Shown one piece after another: positions 1 to 9,025 of a stretch of DNA of 64,000 nt. Position numbers and translations under genes: made by a program. The stretch covers positions 1-64,000 of IMG/VR virus record IMGVR_UViG_3300035445_000156. The stretch is one strand, 5' to 3'. The stretch's first letter is position 1. Each line of letters opens with the position of its first letter. The stretch comes from an uncultured virus (IMG/VR IMGVR_UViG_3300035445_000156) (taxonomy: Duplodnaviria; Heunggongvirae; Uroviricota; Caudoviricetes). The notes under the pieces were generated by a model. It did no database searches, had not been told where the DNA came from, and was given only the letters and a program-made list of their open reading frames with translations.

Positions 1-59
1 GATCAGGTGAACTACTGAGCGAAATCGAAGGCGCCGCTCGCGCGGATAATGCTCGGGCG

Positions 60-737
60 ATGACACCCGAAGAGCTCGTCACCGGCGCCCTGCCGCTCGA
101 GCCGCTCCCGACGACCGACGCGCGCTCGGCCGCGCTGTCGCGGCTGAAGCTCTACGTCTCGCTGCTCCGGTTCCGCCGGACGGGCGACAAGGGCGGCGCC
201 CCGGTCGAGTTCCGCGTCCGGCCGGAGGACGTCCTGACCGAGTGGCCCGACAACAACCACGAGCTGCACCTGCCGAGCGTCGCCTTCCTGCCGGCGCCGG
301 GCGAGCTGCAGGCGCCCGCGCTCGGGCCGCCGCGCGAGCTCGAGGAGACGGTCGACGAGTTCGGCGAGGGCACCGTGCTCGTCTACGAGAGCGACTACGT
401 CGAGACCTTCACTGTCGAGGTGTGGGGGGCGAGCCGGGCGGAACGGCGCGCGCTCGTCGCCGGGCTCAAGGCGGCGCTCGTCGGCGAGGCGAGCCAGGCA
501 CTCGCGGTGGTCCTGCCCGACTACTACGGGCAGGTCGCGACCTTCCTCCTGCTCGGCGCGCAGAACTTCGACGACCCCGACGTCGCGCGCAACCGCAGGC
601 GCGCCGGCCTGAGCGTGCAGCTCACGGTTCCCGAGGTGCGGCTCGCGCGCTACCCGGTGCTCCGGCCCGCCGAGTCCGTGCTCGTCCTCGAGCCCTCCTA
701 CTGCGCGACCGTCGAGCGGCCGCCCGAGTGCGCCTAG
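60..737 (+). CDS. Putative tail completion/terminator-type structural protein
   Basis: 225-aa ORF with genome-typical codon bias just upstream of the sheath; the 'FTVEVWGASRAERRAL' segment resembles tail terminator proteins; mostly a positional call. Confidence 0.45.
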   Translation: MTPEELVTGALPLEPLPTTDARSAALSRLKLYVSLLRFRRTGDKGGAPVEFRVRPEDVLTEWPDNNHELHLPSVAFLPAPGELQAPALGPPRELEETVDEFGEGTVLVYESDYVETFTVEVWGASRAERRALVAGLKAALVGEASQALAVVLPDYYGQVATFLLLGAQNFDDPDVARNRRRAGLSVQLTVPEVRLARYPVLRPAESVLVLEPSYCATVERPPECA

Positions 738-895
738 AAGAGGACCCGCGCCTCGCGTCGGCGGAGCAGGCGCTCGCGCTCGGTCGGGGTCGACGGGTAC
801 CGGACGATCTCCCGCCCCGCCTTGCACCGGAAGGCTACCGCGCCGACCTCGCCCCTCGCCTTGCGGTTCTGTCGCCTCGTGAGTATTCGCTTCAT
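734..895 (-). CDS. Small basic hypothetical protein (53 aa, MKRILTRRQNRK...EARVLF)
   Basis: Translated by hand; ATG lies 7 nt after a CATCAT box; its TAG overlaps the stop of the convergent gene (CTAG); not in the ORF track. Confidence 0.55.
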   Translation of the reverse strand: MKRILTRRQNRKARGEVGAVAFRCKAGREIVRYPSTPTERERLLRRREARVLF

Positions 896-913
896 GACCC
901 GGATGATGCGCCG

Positions 914-935
914 GAGATAACACCGGTGTTATCTC
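914..935. repeat. 22-bp perfect palindrome GAGATAACACCGGTGTTATCTC, copy 1 (intergenic)
   Basis: Exact match, followed by GGACAAACC. Confidence 0.97.
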
Positions 936-962
936 AAGGACAAACCGAGCATCATCGCGCCC

Positions 963-1199
963 ATGGCCACGAAGAGAAACCCGGGCAAGTACGACTGCTA
1001 TGAGAACGCCGAGCCGGACGAGCCGCTGTTCGTGCTGCTCGCGTCGTCTCGCGTGTCGCTCCTTGCCATGTGCGCCGCGTTCCTCGGACTCCTCTGGCAC
1101 GCGCTGTTCAGGCGACCCTCCGACCCGGCCAAGGTGAGCGAGGCGGCGGACTGCGCGCGGGGGATGCGCGGGTGGCGCGCGACGTACCGCCCCGAGTGA
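963..1199 (+). CDS. Small conserved phage hypothetical protein
   Basis: N-terminus 'TKRNPGKYDCYENAEPDEPLFVLLA' resembles a common small phage protein family; CATCAT box 7 nt upstream. Confidence 0.7.
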   Translation: MATKRNPGKYDCYENAEPDEPLFVLLASSRVSLLAMCAAFLGLLWHALFRRPSDPAKVSEAADCARGMRGWRATYRPE

Positions 1200-1346
1200 C
1201 GAGGCGGAGCAGGGGGATGCGGCTCCGGTGCGCCGCGTGCGGGTGGCGCGGGCCCTGCGTATTCTGCGGCTTCTGCGCGCGGTGGTACTGCTCGCTCTGC
1301 GCGTGCTGACCGGCGTCCGGCGACCGCGCGGGATACCCTCCCGCGC

Positions 1347-3587
1347 ATGGGCGTAGGGTTCATCCGCAGGTACGGGTTCGACCCCGGAGTCGAGGAGCTC
1401 GCCAAGATCGAGGGCGTCGCGGTCATCGACCGCGAGCCGCCGCAGATCGTGACGGGGATCGGCACCGGGACGGTGTGCGTCGTGGGCGAGTTCGAGAACG
1501 GCCCCTTCGCGTTCGACGAGTCTCCCGGGGCGAGTCAGGGGCCGGTCGAGGTGTTCGGCTCGGGCGACGTGCTGAGCCGCTTCGGCGACCTCGGCTACGA
1601 GTACGCGGGCGTACCGAGCAACAACCCGTGCGCGCGCTCCCGGCTCGCGGACGGGGCGGTCGTCCCGGAGTACTGGAACGGCAACGGCGCTGTCGCGCTC
1701 GCGCGCAAGGCGTTCCGGCGCCTGCTGCTCGCGCGCGTCGACACGAGCGTCGGCGAGGTGACCTTCACGCGCCTGGCCTCGATCGTCGGCGGCGACGACT
1801 TCACGTTCGACCTGGAACCGGCTCAGGCGCTCGTCTTCGACGTCGGCGCCGGCAACGTGACGGCGACCTTCACGGCCGCGGCGGCGACGCTGAACAGCGC
1901 GGCCGGCACCTACCCGTCGACCTTCGCGGGCGGCGAGTCGATCACGTTCGCGCTCGACGGGACCGAGTACACGGCCGTCTTCCTCGCGGCCGACCAGACG
2001 CAGGCGCAGGTGATCGCCCGGATGAACCTCGCGGCCGGCTACGCCGCGTTCGTGGACGAGGGCGGCGCGGTCACGTCGATCAACGGCCGGATTCGGGGCA
2101 CGGACGGGAGCGTGCAGGTCGTCGCCGTGTCTGCGCTCATCGTCACGACGGCGACCGGCTTCGCGGCCGGCGCGGCGGTCCCCGGGACCGGCAACGTCGC
2201 GGATATTGACGCGGTGACCGTCGCGGAGGCGAACGCGATCGTCAACGCGGCCGACCCCGACACGTTCGTCGACCGCACCTCGTCGGGCAACGCGCGGATC
2301 TACACGGCGCAGCCCACGATCGTCCTCGACGCGACGACCGACGCGGACGCCTTCGGTTTCGCGGAGGGCGTGACCGCGGACGCGGAGGTCGGGACCGCCG
2401 GCTCCATCCCCGCCGGCACGCGCGTCTCGACGGGCGCGATCGACTTCGTGACGATGCGGGACCTCGCAGTCGCGGCCGACTCGTCGGGGCCCTACGCGGT
2501 CAAGGTCCGGCACGCGCTCGACGACGGGACGGGGCTCGGGGCGGGCGTCGCGACGGTGGACGTCGTCGGCGACTCGACCGGCGCGTTCCCGATCGCGCTC
2601 GGCGCCTTCTCCGTGACGAACCTCCTGCCGATCTCCGCGGCCCTGTCGGAGGCCGCGATCGACGCGCGGTACGTGCAGGCGGTCGGCAAGACGAAGAGCG
2701 TCCGCAACGTCGGCAAGGAGATCACGATCATCGCGAGCGCCCGGCAGAGCAACGTCGTCCGGAACGAGCTCCGGAGCAACGCGCTCGACGCCTCCGCGAA
2801 CGGCTGCTTCGGTCGGGTCGCGACGATCCGCCCGCCGCTCGGGACGACGACGCGCGCGCTCGCGCTCTCGACGACCTCGCAGCCGGGCGCGGTCGCGTAC
2901 CGGAGCGACCGCGTCGTCTACAACTTCCCGGGGGCCCGAGTCAACGTCCCGCGGATCGCGGCGCGCGGCCTCGACGGCGGCGCCGGCTTCACGGCGGACG
3001 GCAACCTCGACGTCGGCTCCGACGTGTGGTGCGCGTCCCTCATGAGCCAGCTCCCGCCGGAGGAGAACATCGGGCAGGCGACGTCCTTCCTGACCGGGAT
3101 CCTGGACATCGAGGCGGGCAACCCCGACGTGCAGGACCTGCAGATGGCCGACTACGTCGCGTTCAAGGCGGGCGGGATCTGCGCGCTCCGGATCGACGGC
3201 GGCGAGGCGTTCTTCCAGACCGAGGCGGCGGACGTGGACCCCGCGCTCTACCCCGCGCTCCGGACGATCAAGCGGCGGCGCATGTCGGACTTCATCCAGG
3301 ACAGCCTCGCGATCGCGGTCCTGCCGTTCGTGAAGAAGCTCGCGACCGTGCAGCGCCGCGCGCTCGTCGTGTCCGTCGTCGACACGTTCCTCCGGTCGCT
3401 CCTGTCGCCGGACAACCCGGACAACCAGCGCATCGCCGGCTACCGCGTGACGAACGCGAGCACGGCCGACGAGCTCAAGCGGGGGATCTTCCGGATCAAG
3501 ATCAAGGTGAAGCTCCTGCCGTCGCTCGACGTGATCGTCCTCGACACGACGATCGGCGAGACCGTAGAGTTCGAGGAGGCCGCGTGA
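1347..3587 (+). CDS. Contractile tail sheath protein
   Basis: 746 aa; N-terminal 'PGVEE...GTVCVVGEFENGP' and C-terminal 'RTIKRRRMSDFIQDSL...IAGYRV...IKVKLLPSLDVIVL' sheath-type motifs; followed by the tube gene. Confidence 0.92.
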   Translation: MGVGFIRRYGFDPGVEELAKIEGVAVIDREPPQIVTGIGTGTVCVVGEFENGPFAFDESPGASQGPVEVFGSGDVLSRFGDLGYEYAGVPSNNPCARSRLADGAVVPEYWNGNGAVALARKAFRRLLLARVDTSVGEVTFTRLASIVGGDDFTFDLEPAQALVFDVGAGNVTATFTAAAATLNSAAGTYPSTFAGGESITFALDGTEYTAVFLAADQTQAQVIARMNLAAGYAAFVDEGGAVTSINGRIRGTDGSVQVVAVSALIVTTATGFAAGAAVPGTGNVADIDAVTVAEANAIVNAADPDTFVDRTSSGNARIYTAQPTIVLDATTDADAFGFAEGVTADAEVGTAGSIPAGTRVSTGAIDFVTMRDLAVAADSSGPYAVKVRHALDDGTGLGAGVATVDVVGDSTGAFPIALGAFSVTNLLPISAALSEAAIDARYVQAVGKTKSVRNVGKEITIIASARQSNVVRNELRSNALDASANGCFGRVATIRPPLGTTTRALALSTTSQPGAVAYRSDRVVYNFPGARVNVPRIAARGLDGGAGFTADGNLDVGSDVWCASLMSQLPPEENIGQATSFLTGILDIEAGNPDVQDLQMADYVAFKAGGICALRIDGGEAFFQTEAADVDPALYPALRTIKRRRMSDFIQDSLAIAVLPFVKKLATVQRRALVVSVVDTFLRSLLSPDNPDNQRIAGYRVTNASTADELKRGIFRIKIKVKLLPSLDVIVLDTTIGETVEFEEAA

Positions 3588-3760
3588 TCCGACGAGAAGA
3601 GCAGCGGGAGATCCTGACGGGCGCACTGAGGACGCTCATGCGCGAGCATCGGATCGTCGGCTACGAGCTGAACGACGCCGGAGACGGCGGCTTCGAGGTC
3701 AGGCCGAAACTGCCGCCGGTCCCCGAGTTCGTCGCCCTCGACGGCTCCGCGCTCGCGTAA
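3584..3760 (+). CDS. 58-aa protein resembling the sheath C-terminus
   Basis: GTG overlaps the sheath stop (GTGA); GAGGAGG SD; similarity to the sheath end visible by eye. Confidence 0.55.
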   Translation: MIRREEQREILTGALRTLMREHRIVGYELNDAGDGGFEVRPKLPPVPEFVALDGSALA

Positions 3761-3801
3761 ATTCGCGACGGGCCGCGTGCGCGGCAGAAAGGCAAGAGAT
3801 C

Positions 3802-4245
3802 ATGGCGGCGGATCCCAGGCTCAAGGGTCAAGAGGTCGTCCTGCGGATCCTGCAGGACGGGGCGCTCGTCGACGAGCTGCAGGCGATCGGGAGCTTCAAC
3901 GACGAGGTGACGCTGGAGATCAAGGAGGACGGCTTCCTCGGCGAGCCGGTCAACCGGGTCGACCAGATCCTGAACGGCTTCAAGGGCGACCTGGAGTTCC
4001 AGGTCAACTCCTCCGGCTGGTTGACCTTCGTCGACAGCGTGGTCGCGAAGGCGAAGCGCGAGGCGTTCCCGACCTTCAACGTCGTCCGGACCGACCTGTT
4101 CGTCAACGGCCAGACGGCCGTGATCACCTACGCGGACGTCGCGTGGGGCGCGATCCCGACGACGATCGGCGGCCGCGCCGAGTACGCGAAGGTCAAGCTC
4201 TCCTTCGCCTGCTCCGACCGGACGACGCAGGTCAACGCGATCTGA
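3802..4245 (+). CDS. Tail tube protein
   Basis: 147-aa beta-rich ORF between sheath and chaperone/tape measure. Confidence 0.85.
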   Translation: MAADPRLKGQEVVLRILQDGALVDELQAIGSFNDEVTLEIKEDGFLGEPVNRVDQILNGFKGDLEFQVNSSGWLTFVDSVVAKAKREAFPTFNVVRTDLFVNGQTAVITYADVAWGAIPTTIGGRAEYAKVKLSFACSDRTTQVNAI

Positions 4246-4250
4246 CCGCG

Positions 4251-4272
4251 GAGATAACACCGGTGTTATCTC
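4251..4272. repeat. 22-bp palindrome, copy 2 (intergenic)
   Basis: Exact match. Confidence 0.97.
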
Positions 4273-4293
4273 CGGTCGCCTAAGCTCGGCCGC

Positions 4294-4394
4294 GAGGGAG
4301 CCCCTGCTCGGTTAAGTCCCCGGCGGTCCTGACGGGTCACCCTTCTCCCGGGACGCCGGGCTCTCCCCCGCCCGAGCGGGGACTCCCTCCTTTT
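4294..4394 (+). ncRNA. Candidate structured RNA or leader
   Basis: Arm 4294-4311 pairs with 4372-4389; inner stem present; TAAGCT box 7 nt upstream; ends in TTTT. Confidence 0.45.
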
Positions 4395-4410
4395 GAAGGG
4401 AGAGAGACAC

Positions 4411-5004
4411 ATGAGCCAGAAGAGGGACGGGGCGATCGCGGGTCTGACGGAGCAGCTCGTCGCGGCGCGCGAGGTCGGCAACGGCGAGCTCGCCGGGGCG
4501 CTGGAGGCAGCGATCGCGGAGCTCGCGCCGAAGGCGACCCCGAAGGCGACGTTCTTCCCGCTGCCGGACGCGGGCGAGGGGCTGCCGCCGTGGGCGAAGG
4601 TGCCAGCGGACACGGCGGAGCGCCCGTGGAAGTTCCCGCGCAACGTCCAGGTGATCGCGATCCGGTTCCCGGCGCGCCTCACGCGCGCGCCGGAGAAGGG
4701 CGACCGGACGTGCCTCCTGTGGGAGATCTCCGACGGCGAGGAGCGGGTGGCGCTCATGCGCGCGGTGAAGGACCCGAACCGCGCGCAGACCGAGCTCGCC
4801 AAGCAGATGATCCGGGCGGTCGACGAGCACCCGGCCGACTGGTCCGGGCTCTCCTCCCCGGGCAGCGTCGAGGTCTTCTGGCGGGAGATCGGCGCGAAGT
4901 GCCGGACGCTGATCGTCCACGTCTACAACCAGCTCCACCTCATGACGCAGGCGGAGACCGACGATTTTTTAGAAAACTGCGTCGCGGTCGTCTCGGCGGT
5001 CTGA
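4411..5004 (+). CDS. Tail assembly chaperone (gpG-like)
   Basis: Lies between tube and tape measure; SD AAGGGAG; slippery heptamer near the 3' end. Confidence 0.8.
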   Translation: MSQKRDGAIAGLTEQLVAAREVGNGELAGALEAAIAELAPKATPKATFFPLPDAGEGLPPWAKVPADTAERPWKFPRNVQVIAIRFPARLTRAPEKGDRTCLLWEISDGEERVALMRAVKDPNRAQTELAKQMIRAVDEHPADWSGLSSPGSVEVFWREIGAKCRTLIVHVYNQLHLMTQAETDDFLENCVAVVSAV

Positions 5005-5327
5005 GACGCGACGAGGAAGGCCGCCCGCTCGACCCGTGGGAGACGGCGGACCTGGTCGCGCCCGAGCCGGACAACGTCAAGCGCTACTCGCTCCGGCCGC
5101 CCTACTCGTCGGGCGTCATGCGCTTCTCGTTCGGGCTCGGGTTCGACTTCGCCGAGCACGACGAGCTCCGTGTCTGGCGGCGGGTCTACCTCGGGCGGTA
5201 CATGCGGTGCCAGCCGTCGGAGATCGAGCGGATGACCGTCCGGGAGGTCAACGACCACCTGCGGAAGCTCTCCGAGCTCATCCGGGCGGAGTCGCCGAGC
5301 ACCGGGGTGAGCGACGCGGTCGGGTGA
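4965..5327 (+). CDS. -1 frameshift extension of the chaperone (gpGT-like); slippery site T TTT TTA at 4965-4971
   Basis: XXXYYYZ heptamer in the correct phase; -1 frame open to 5327 ending 'CQPSEIERMTVREVNDHLRKLSELIRAE'. Confidence 0.8.
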   Translation, partial: FFRKLRRGRLGGLRRDEEGRPLDPWETADLVAPEPDNVKRYSLRPPYSSGVMRFSFGLGFDFAEHDELRVWRRVYLGRYMRCQPSEIERMTVREVNDHLRKLSELIRAESPSTGVSDAVG

Positions 5328-5339
5328 GAAGCTCACCGC

Positions 5340-7301
5340 ATGGCGGAGAAAGAAGTCAAGGTCAAGCTCGTCCTCGACACCGACGCGTCTTCGCTCCTGT
5401 CGAGGATCAAGGACGGCTTCCGGGACACCGCGAGGGCGTCCGACGACGCGAAGTCGTCCGTCGCCGACTTCGGCAAGCAGATGTTCGCGACGTTCGCGGC
5501 CGTCAACCTGAAGCCGGCGATCGACCAGATATTCCGCTTCGGGGAGGGGTTCGCGCAGGCAGCCGCGCACGAGCAGGACGCGACCCAGGCGATCGCGGGA
5601 CTCATCGCGGGAGTGCAGGGCATCCCGTGGGACGCCGCGGCCGACAAGTCCGGGGAGCTGGGCGACCGGATCGAGGACATCGCGGTCGGGACGCAGCAGC
5701 TCGTCTCCGACACCGAGGACGCCTTCCAGGTCATGACGGAGCTCATGGGCGCGAGCGACGCGGGCATCGCGCGGTCCATCGAGGGGGTGAACGAGCTCGG
5801 CACCGTCGCGAACGTCCTCGGCAAGCAGACCTCGGACCTCGCCCGCGAGTACGGCTTCATGTCCGAGGGCGTCCTCAAGGTCAAGGGGCAGCTCTTCCAG
5901 ATCCTCCAGCCGACCGGGATCTTCGGCAAGGACACGAAGAAGGCGGCCGAGTACTGGTCGAAGCTCACCGAGGAGAGCCGGATCCAGCTCCTGGCTCAGG
6001 GCCTCGGGCAGGTGTCGGAGCGGCTGGCGAAGGCGACCCCGACCGCGCACGACCTCGTGAACGAGATGACTGACCTCTGGGACATCGCGAAGCGGCGGAT
6101 CGGCGAGCCGTTCCTCGAGGCGGTCATGCCGGAGCTGTCGTCACTGGTCAAGGAGCTGGAGGGCGGGCGCGAGGGCGTCGAGCAGTTCGCGAAGACGATG
6201 GCGAAGGACGTCGGCCGCTGGGTGCGCGAGGCGGCCGACGAGGTGCGCGCCGGGATCGCCTATCTGCGCGAACACCACGAGGAGATCCGGAACGCGATCG
6301 TCTCCGCCTTCGATCACGCCCGGGCGGTCGTCGCCTGGATCCTCGCGCACAAGGCGGAGATCGCGGTCGCGTTCGGGGCGCGGGCCGNCGCGCCGCTGGT
6401 CGGCAAGGCGGTCGAGGGCGGCAAGGCGCTGATCGGCGCGGCGCAGGCCGGCGTCCCGGCGCTCGGCATCGCGGGCACGGGGGGCGGCGCGCTCGCGGGG
6501 GCGGCGACGATCGGCGCGTTCGCGGCCGCGGTCGCCGGCTTCGCCCTCGCGGTCGACCAGTGGCAGAAGCTCATGGCCGAGACGGGGGGAGGGAAGAGCG
6601 AGGCCGAGCAGGACCAGGCCGCGCGCAAGGCGTTCTTCGAGAAGATGATCGCCGCGCCCGAGGTCGGCCCGGAGACGGCGCAGTCGATCAAGGCGTTCGA
6701 GGAGGTCCGCCGGGCCTACGTCGAGACCGCGACCGAGCTCGGCGAGAACAGCCGCGCGGCCGGCGAGCTCGCGGACAAGGCGTGGGCGGCGCACCGGGCG
6801 ATCCGGCAGCAGGTCGAGCCGGTCGAGAAGGTCGCGGCCGTCTTCGCCGAGCTCGAGAAGACGGGCGGGACGGCGGGGCTCGACGTCTCGAAGCCGGTCG
6901 CGATGATCGACCAGGCGTTCAACGCGGCGATCCAGAGCAGCAACGCCGGCGCGCAGCAGTACATCGCCGACATCCTGGTCAAGTCGAAGAGCCTGCAGGG
7001 CGCGTTCCTGGCCGCCTCCGGCCTGACTGCGGAGGGCTTCGACACGCTCGCGGGGCTCGTCGGCGACAAGGCGAAGGACTTCGCCGAGCAGCTCAAGAAC
7101 GTCTCCGGGCTCGTCTCGGCGAAGGAGGCTGCAAAGCCGGCCGCGCCGCAGATCAACTTCTCCGGGGGTCAGACGTTCAACATCAAGCAGGACTTCCGGG
7201 ACCAGGACCCCGACCGCGTGGCGATCGTGTTCCGGCGGGACCTGCAGACGCAGGCGACTCGGCGCTACCAGGCGTCGACGGGGCTGCCGTTCGGGACCTG
7301 A
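5340..7301 (+). CDS. Tail tape measure protein
   Basis: 653-aa Ala-rich helical protein directly after the chaperone. Confidence 0.88.
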   Translation: MAEKEVKVKLVLDTDASSLLSRIKDGFRDTARASDDAKSSVADFGKQMFATFAAVNLKPAIDQIFRFGEGFAQAAAHEQDATQAIAGLIAGVQGIPWDAAADKSGELGDRIEDIAVGTQQLVSDTEDAFQVMTELMGASDAGIARSIEGVNELGTVANVLGKQTSDLAREYGFMSEGVLKVKGQLFQILQPTGIFGKDTKKAAEYWSKLTEESRIQLLAQGLGQVSERLAKATPTAHDLVNEMTDLWDIAKRRIGEPFLEAVMPELSSLVKELEGGREGVEQFAKTMAKDVGRWVREAADEVRAGIAYLREHHEEIRNAIVSAFDHARAVVAWILAHKAEIAVAFGARAXAPLVGKAVEGGKALIGAAQAGVPALGIAGTGGGALAGAATIGAFAAAVAGFALAVDQWQKLMAETGGGKSEAEQDQAARKAFFEKMIAAPEVGPETAQSIKAFEEVRRAYVETATELGENSRAAGELADKAWAAHRAIRQQVEPVEKVAAVFAELEKTGGTAGLDVSKPVAMIDQAFNAAIQSSNAGAQQYIADILVKSKSLQGAFLAASGLTAEGFDTLAGLVGDKAKDFAEQLKNVSGLVSAKEAAKPAAPQINFSGGQTFNIKQDFRDQDPDRVAIVFRRDLQTQATRRYQASTGLPFGT

Positions 7302-7481
7302 GGGAACACGAGCCGACGTACCCCGGAATCGCGAAACCGTCCGGGCTTGCCCCGCACCGCTTGCAGTACATGTAACCACCGATCATCACGAAGTCGTGCT
7401 CGAGGATCGCATTGAACATGCCCATATGACCGGATGATGCGAGTCGACGCGCTGTAGTCTTCGGCCCCGGAGGATCTCCCG

Positions 7482-8129
7482 ATGCCCGACATGCCGCCCG
7501 CCGCGCCTGCGGCCGCCCCCCTCTTCGATTGGGACTCGCTCGACGACGCGACGATGGCTGAGATCGTCGGCCTCGCGGAGACCGCGCTCGACGCGGGCGA
7601 GATCGTCCTGCCCGAGGTGCCCGAAGCGGAAGAGACGGCGGCCGACGAGGCCGCGGAGTCCCCCGAGGAGCAGGCGGCCGAGGAGGAGGCAGGGATCGAA
7701 CAGCACGACGCGGAGAGCCTCGCGGCGACCGCGGAGGCCGCCCCCGACGAGATCGACGAGATCGGCAAGCAGATCGAGGACCTCGTCGACGCGGCCGAGG
7801 AGGCCGAGGACGGAGACCCGAAGAAAGTCAAGAAGCTCCTCGCCGACATCCCGAAGCTCATGGAGCAGGCCGAGAAGGCAGCCAAGGAGGCGCGGGACGC
7901 GGCCGACGACGAGGACCAGGAGGGCGCCGCCGACGCGGCCGCCGACGCCGAGGAGGCGTGCGAGGCGGCGAAGGACCTGCTCAAGCAGGCGCAGGAGCTC
8001 GCGGGCGTCGAGTCGTCCCCGGAGGAGCAGGAACCCCCCTCGCCGCCCTCGCCGTCCCGTGCCGCTCCCGCCCAGACCGCGGCGAAGAGCGCGAACCCCA
8101 TGGTCGCGTGGGCGCGACAGCCCTACTAG
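7482..8129 (+). CDS. Highly acidic Ala/Glu/Asp-rich hypothetical protein
   Basis: 215 aa, GGAGG SD, strong codon bias. Confidence 0.8.
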   Translation: MPDMPPAAPAAAPLFDWDSLDDATMAEIVGLAETALDAGEIVLPEVPEAEETAADEAAESPEEQAAEEEAGIEQHDAESLAATAEAAPDEIDEIGKQIEDLVDAAEEAEDGDPKKVKKLLADIPKLMEQAEKAAKEARDAADDEDQEGAADAAADAEEACEAAKDLLKQAQELAGVESSPEEQEPPSPPSPSRAAPAQTAAKSANPMVAWARQPY

Positions 8130-8298
8130 GCGCGCCGCGTCGCTTCCTCGCCGAACTCTCGGACGAGCTCCTCTAATTTTCGACGCGCATCCTCACGACG
8201 TTCCGGATCCTTCGATCGTTCGAGGATCGTCCTGAAGATCTCCGCGGCGATGCTCGGGGTCATTGCTCATGGGTGGATGATGCGAAGATTGCTCCCCC

Positions 8299-8487
8299 AT
8301 GGCGATCCCGGAGAAGACGTCCGCCGGCCTGAAGAAGTGGGCGAAGTCCCGCAAGACGGCCACGATCGAGAAGGCCCTCGAGGGCAAGCCGGGCGTCGAG
8401 GACCCGAAGGCGCTCGCGGTCTGGGCCCGCAAGCAGGGACTCGGCGAGGCCGAGTTCAAGCGGCACCAGCGGGGCAAGAAGAAGTAA
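8299..8487 (+). CDS. Small Lys-rich basic protein
   Basis: 62 aa with strong codon bias. Confidence 0.7.
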   Translation: MAIPEKTSAGLKKWAKSRKTATIEKALEGKPGVEDPKALAVWARKQGLGEAEFKRHQRGKKK

Positions 8488-8491
8488 GGAG

Positions 8492-8932
8492 TCAGGCGCC
8501 GAGACTCTGATCGGTCACCGTCGCGCGTTGCCGGTCGTGGATCTTCTCCCACGGGCCGCCCGCGCTGTCCACGTAGCCGACCCAAGCGACCGGGTCCTCG
8601 CCCGCTTGCTCGTACGCGAGCAGCCTGTGGTGTCCGTCGACGACCACGAGCCCGTCCCTCCCCGGCTCCTTCACGGCGACGATCGGCTTCGTCGGCCGGC
8701 CGCGCGCGATGTCGGCGGCGAACGAGTCGACCCTGTCGGGCTCGCGTTGCGCCCGCCACCCCTCGCGCCGGCCCATGTCGAACTGCCCGATCGGCACCGA
8801 GACCGGGCCGGACCAGCGGGTCGCGAGGACCCAGCCGAGGAGCGCCGGGTCGAAGTCCTCGAGGAGCTGCGAGTAGACGCGGCCGGCGTCCGGGTTCGCC
8901 CGCATGCGCGCCGCCCTCGCCAGCTCGTCCAT
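8492..8932 (-). CDS. ParB/Srx-like domain protein
   Basis: 'KPIVAV...VVVDGHHRLLAY' motif; TACAGT box 7 nt before the ATG. Confidence 0.75.
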   Translation of the reverse strand: MDELARAARMRANPDAGRVYSQLLEDFDPALLGWVLATRWSGPVSVPIGQFDMGRREGWRAQREPDRVDSFAADIARGRPTKPIVAVKEPGRDGLVVVDGHHRLLAYEQAGEDPVAWVGYVDSAGGPWEKIHDRQRATVTDQSLGA

Positions 8933-8950
8933 GACCGGCACTGTAGCGGG

Positions 8951-8991
8951 GAGATAAACGCCGGTGTTATCTCGGCGCCCGGTGTTATCTC
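8951..8991. repeat. Degenerate palindrome copy plus a duplicated right half-site
   Basis: GAGATAAACGCCGGTGTTATCTC at 8951-8973, then CCGGTGTTATCTC again at 8979-8991. Confidence 0.9.
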
Positions 8992-9025
8992 GGCGCGCGT
9001 CCTGCGGGCGTGCTACTCCCCCGGG

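Noticed and set aside
914..935. Similarity of TAACACCG to lambda operator half-sites
   Set aside because: Half-site spacing differs from the 17-bp lambda operator and no CI-like gene was seen; likely coincidence
12..3626. Very long antisense and alternative-frame ORFs (e.g. 12-3626, 25517-27406, 32919-35348)
   Set aside because: Shadow ORFs typical of high-GC DNA: Arg/Pro-rich, motif-free and overlapping well-supported genes
7183..7425. Minus-strand ORF with CKRC (MGMFNAILEHDF...)
   Set aside because: Possibly real because a CATCAT box lies upstream, but it overlaps the tape measure end by about 120 bp and has no other support
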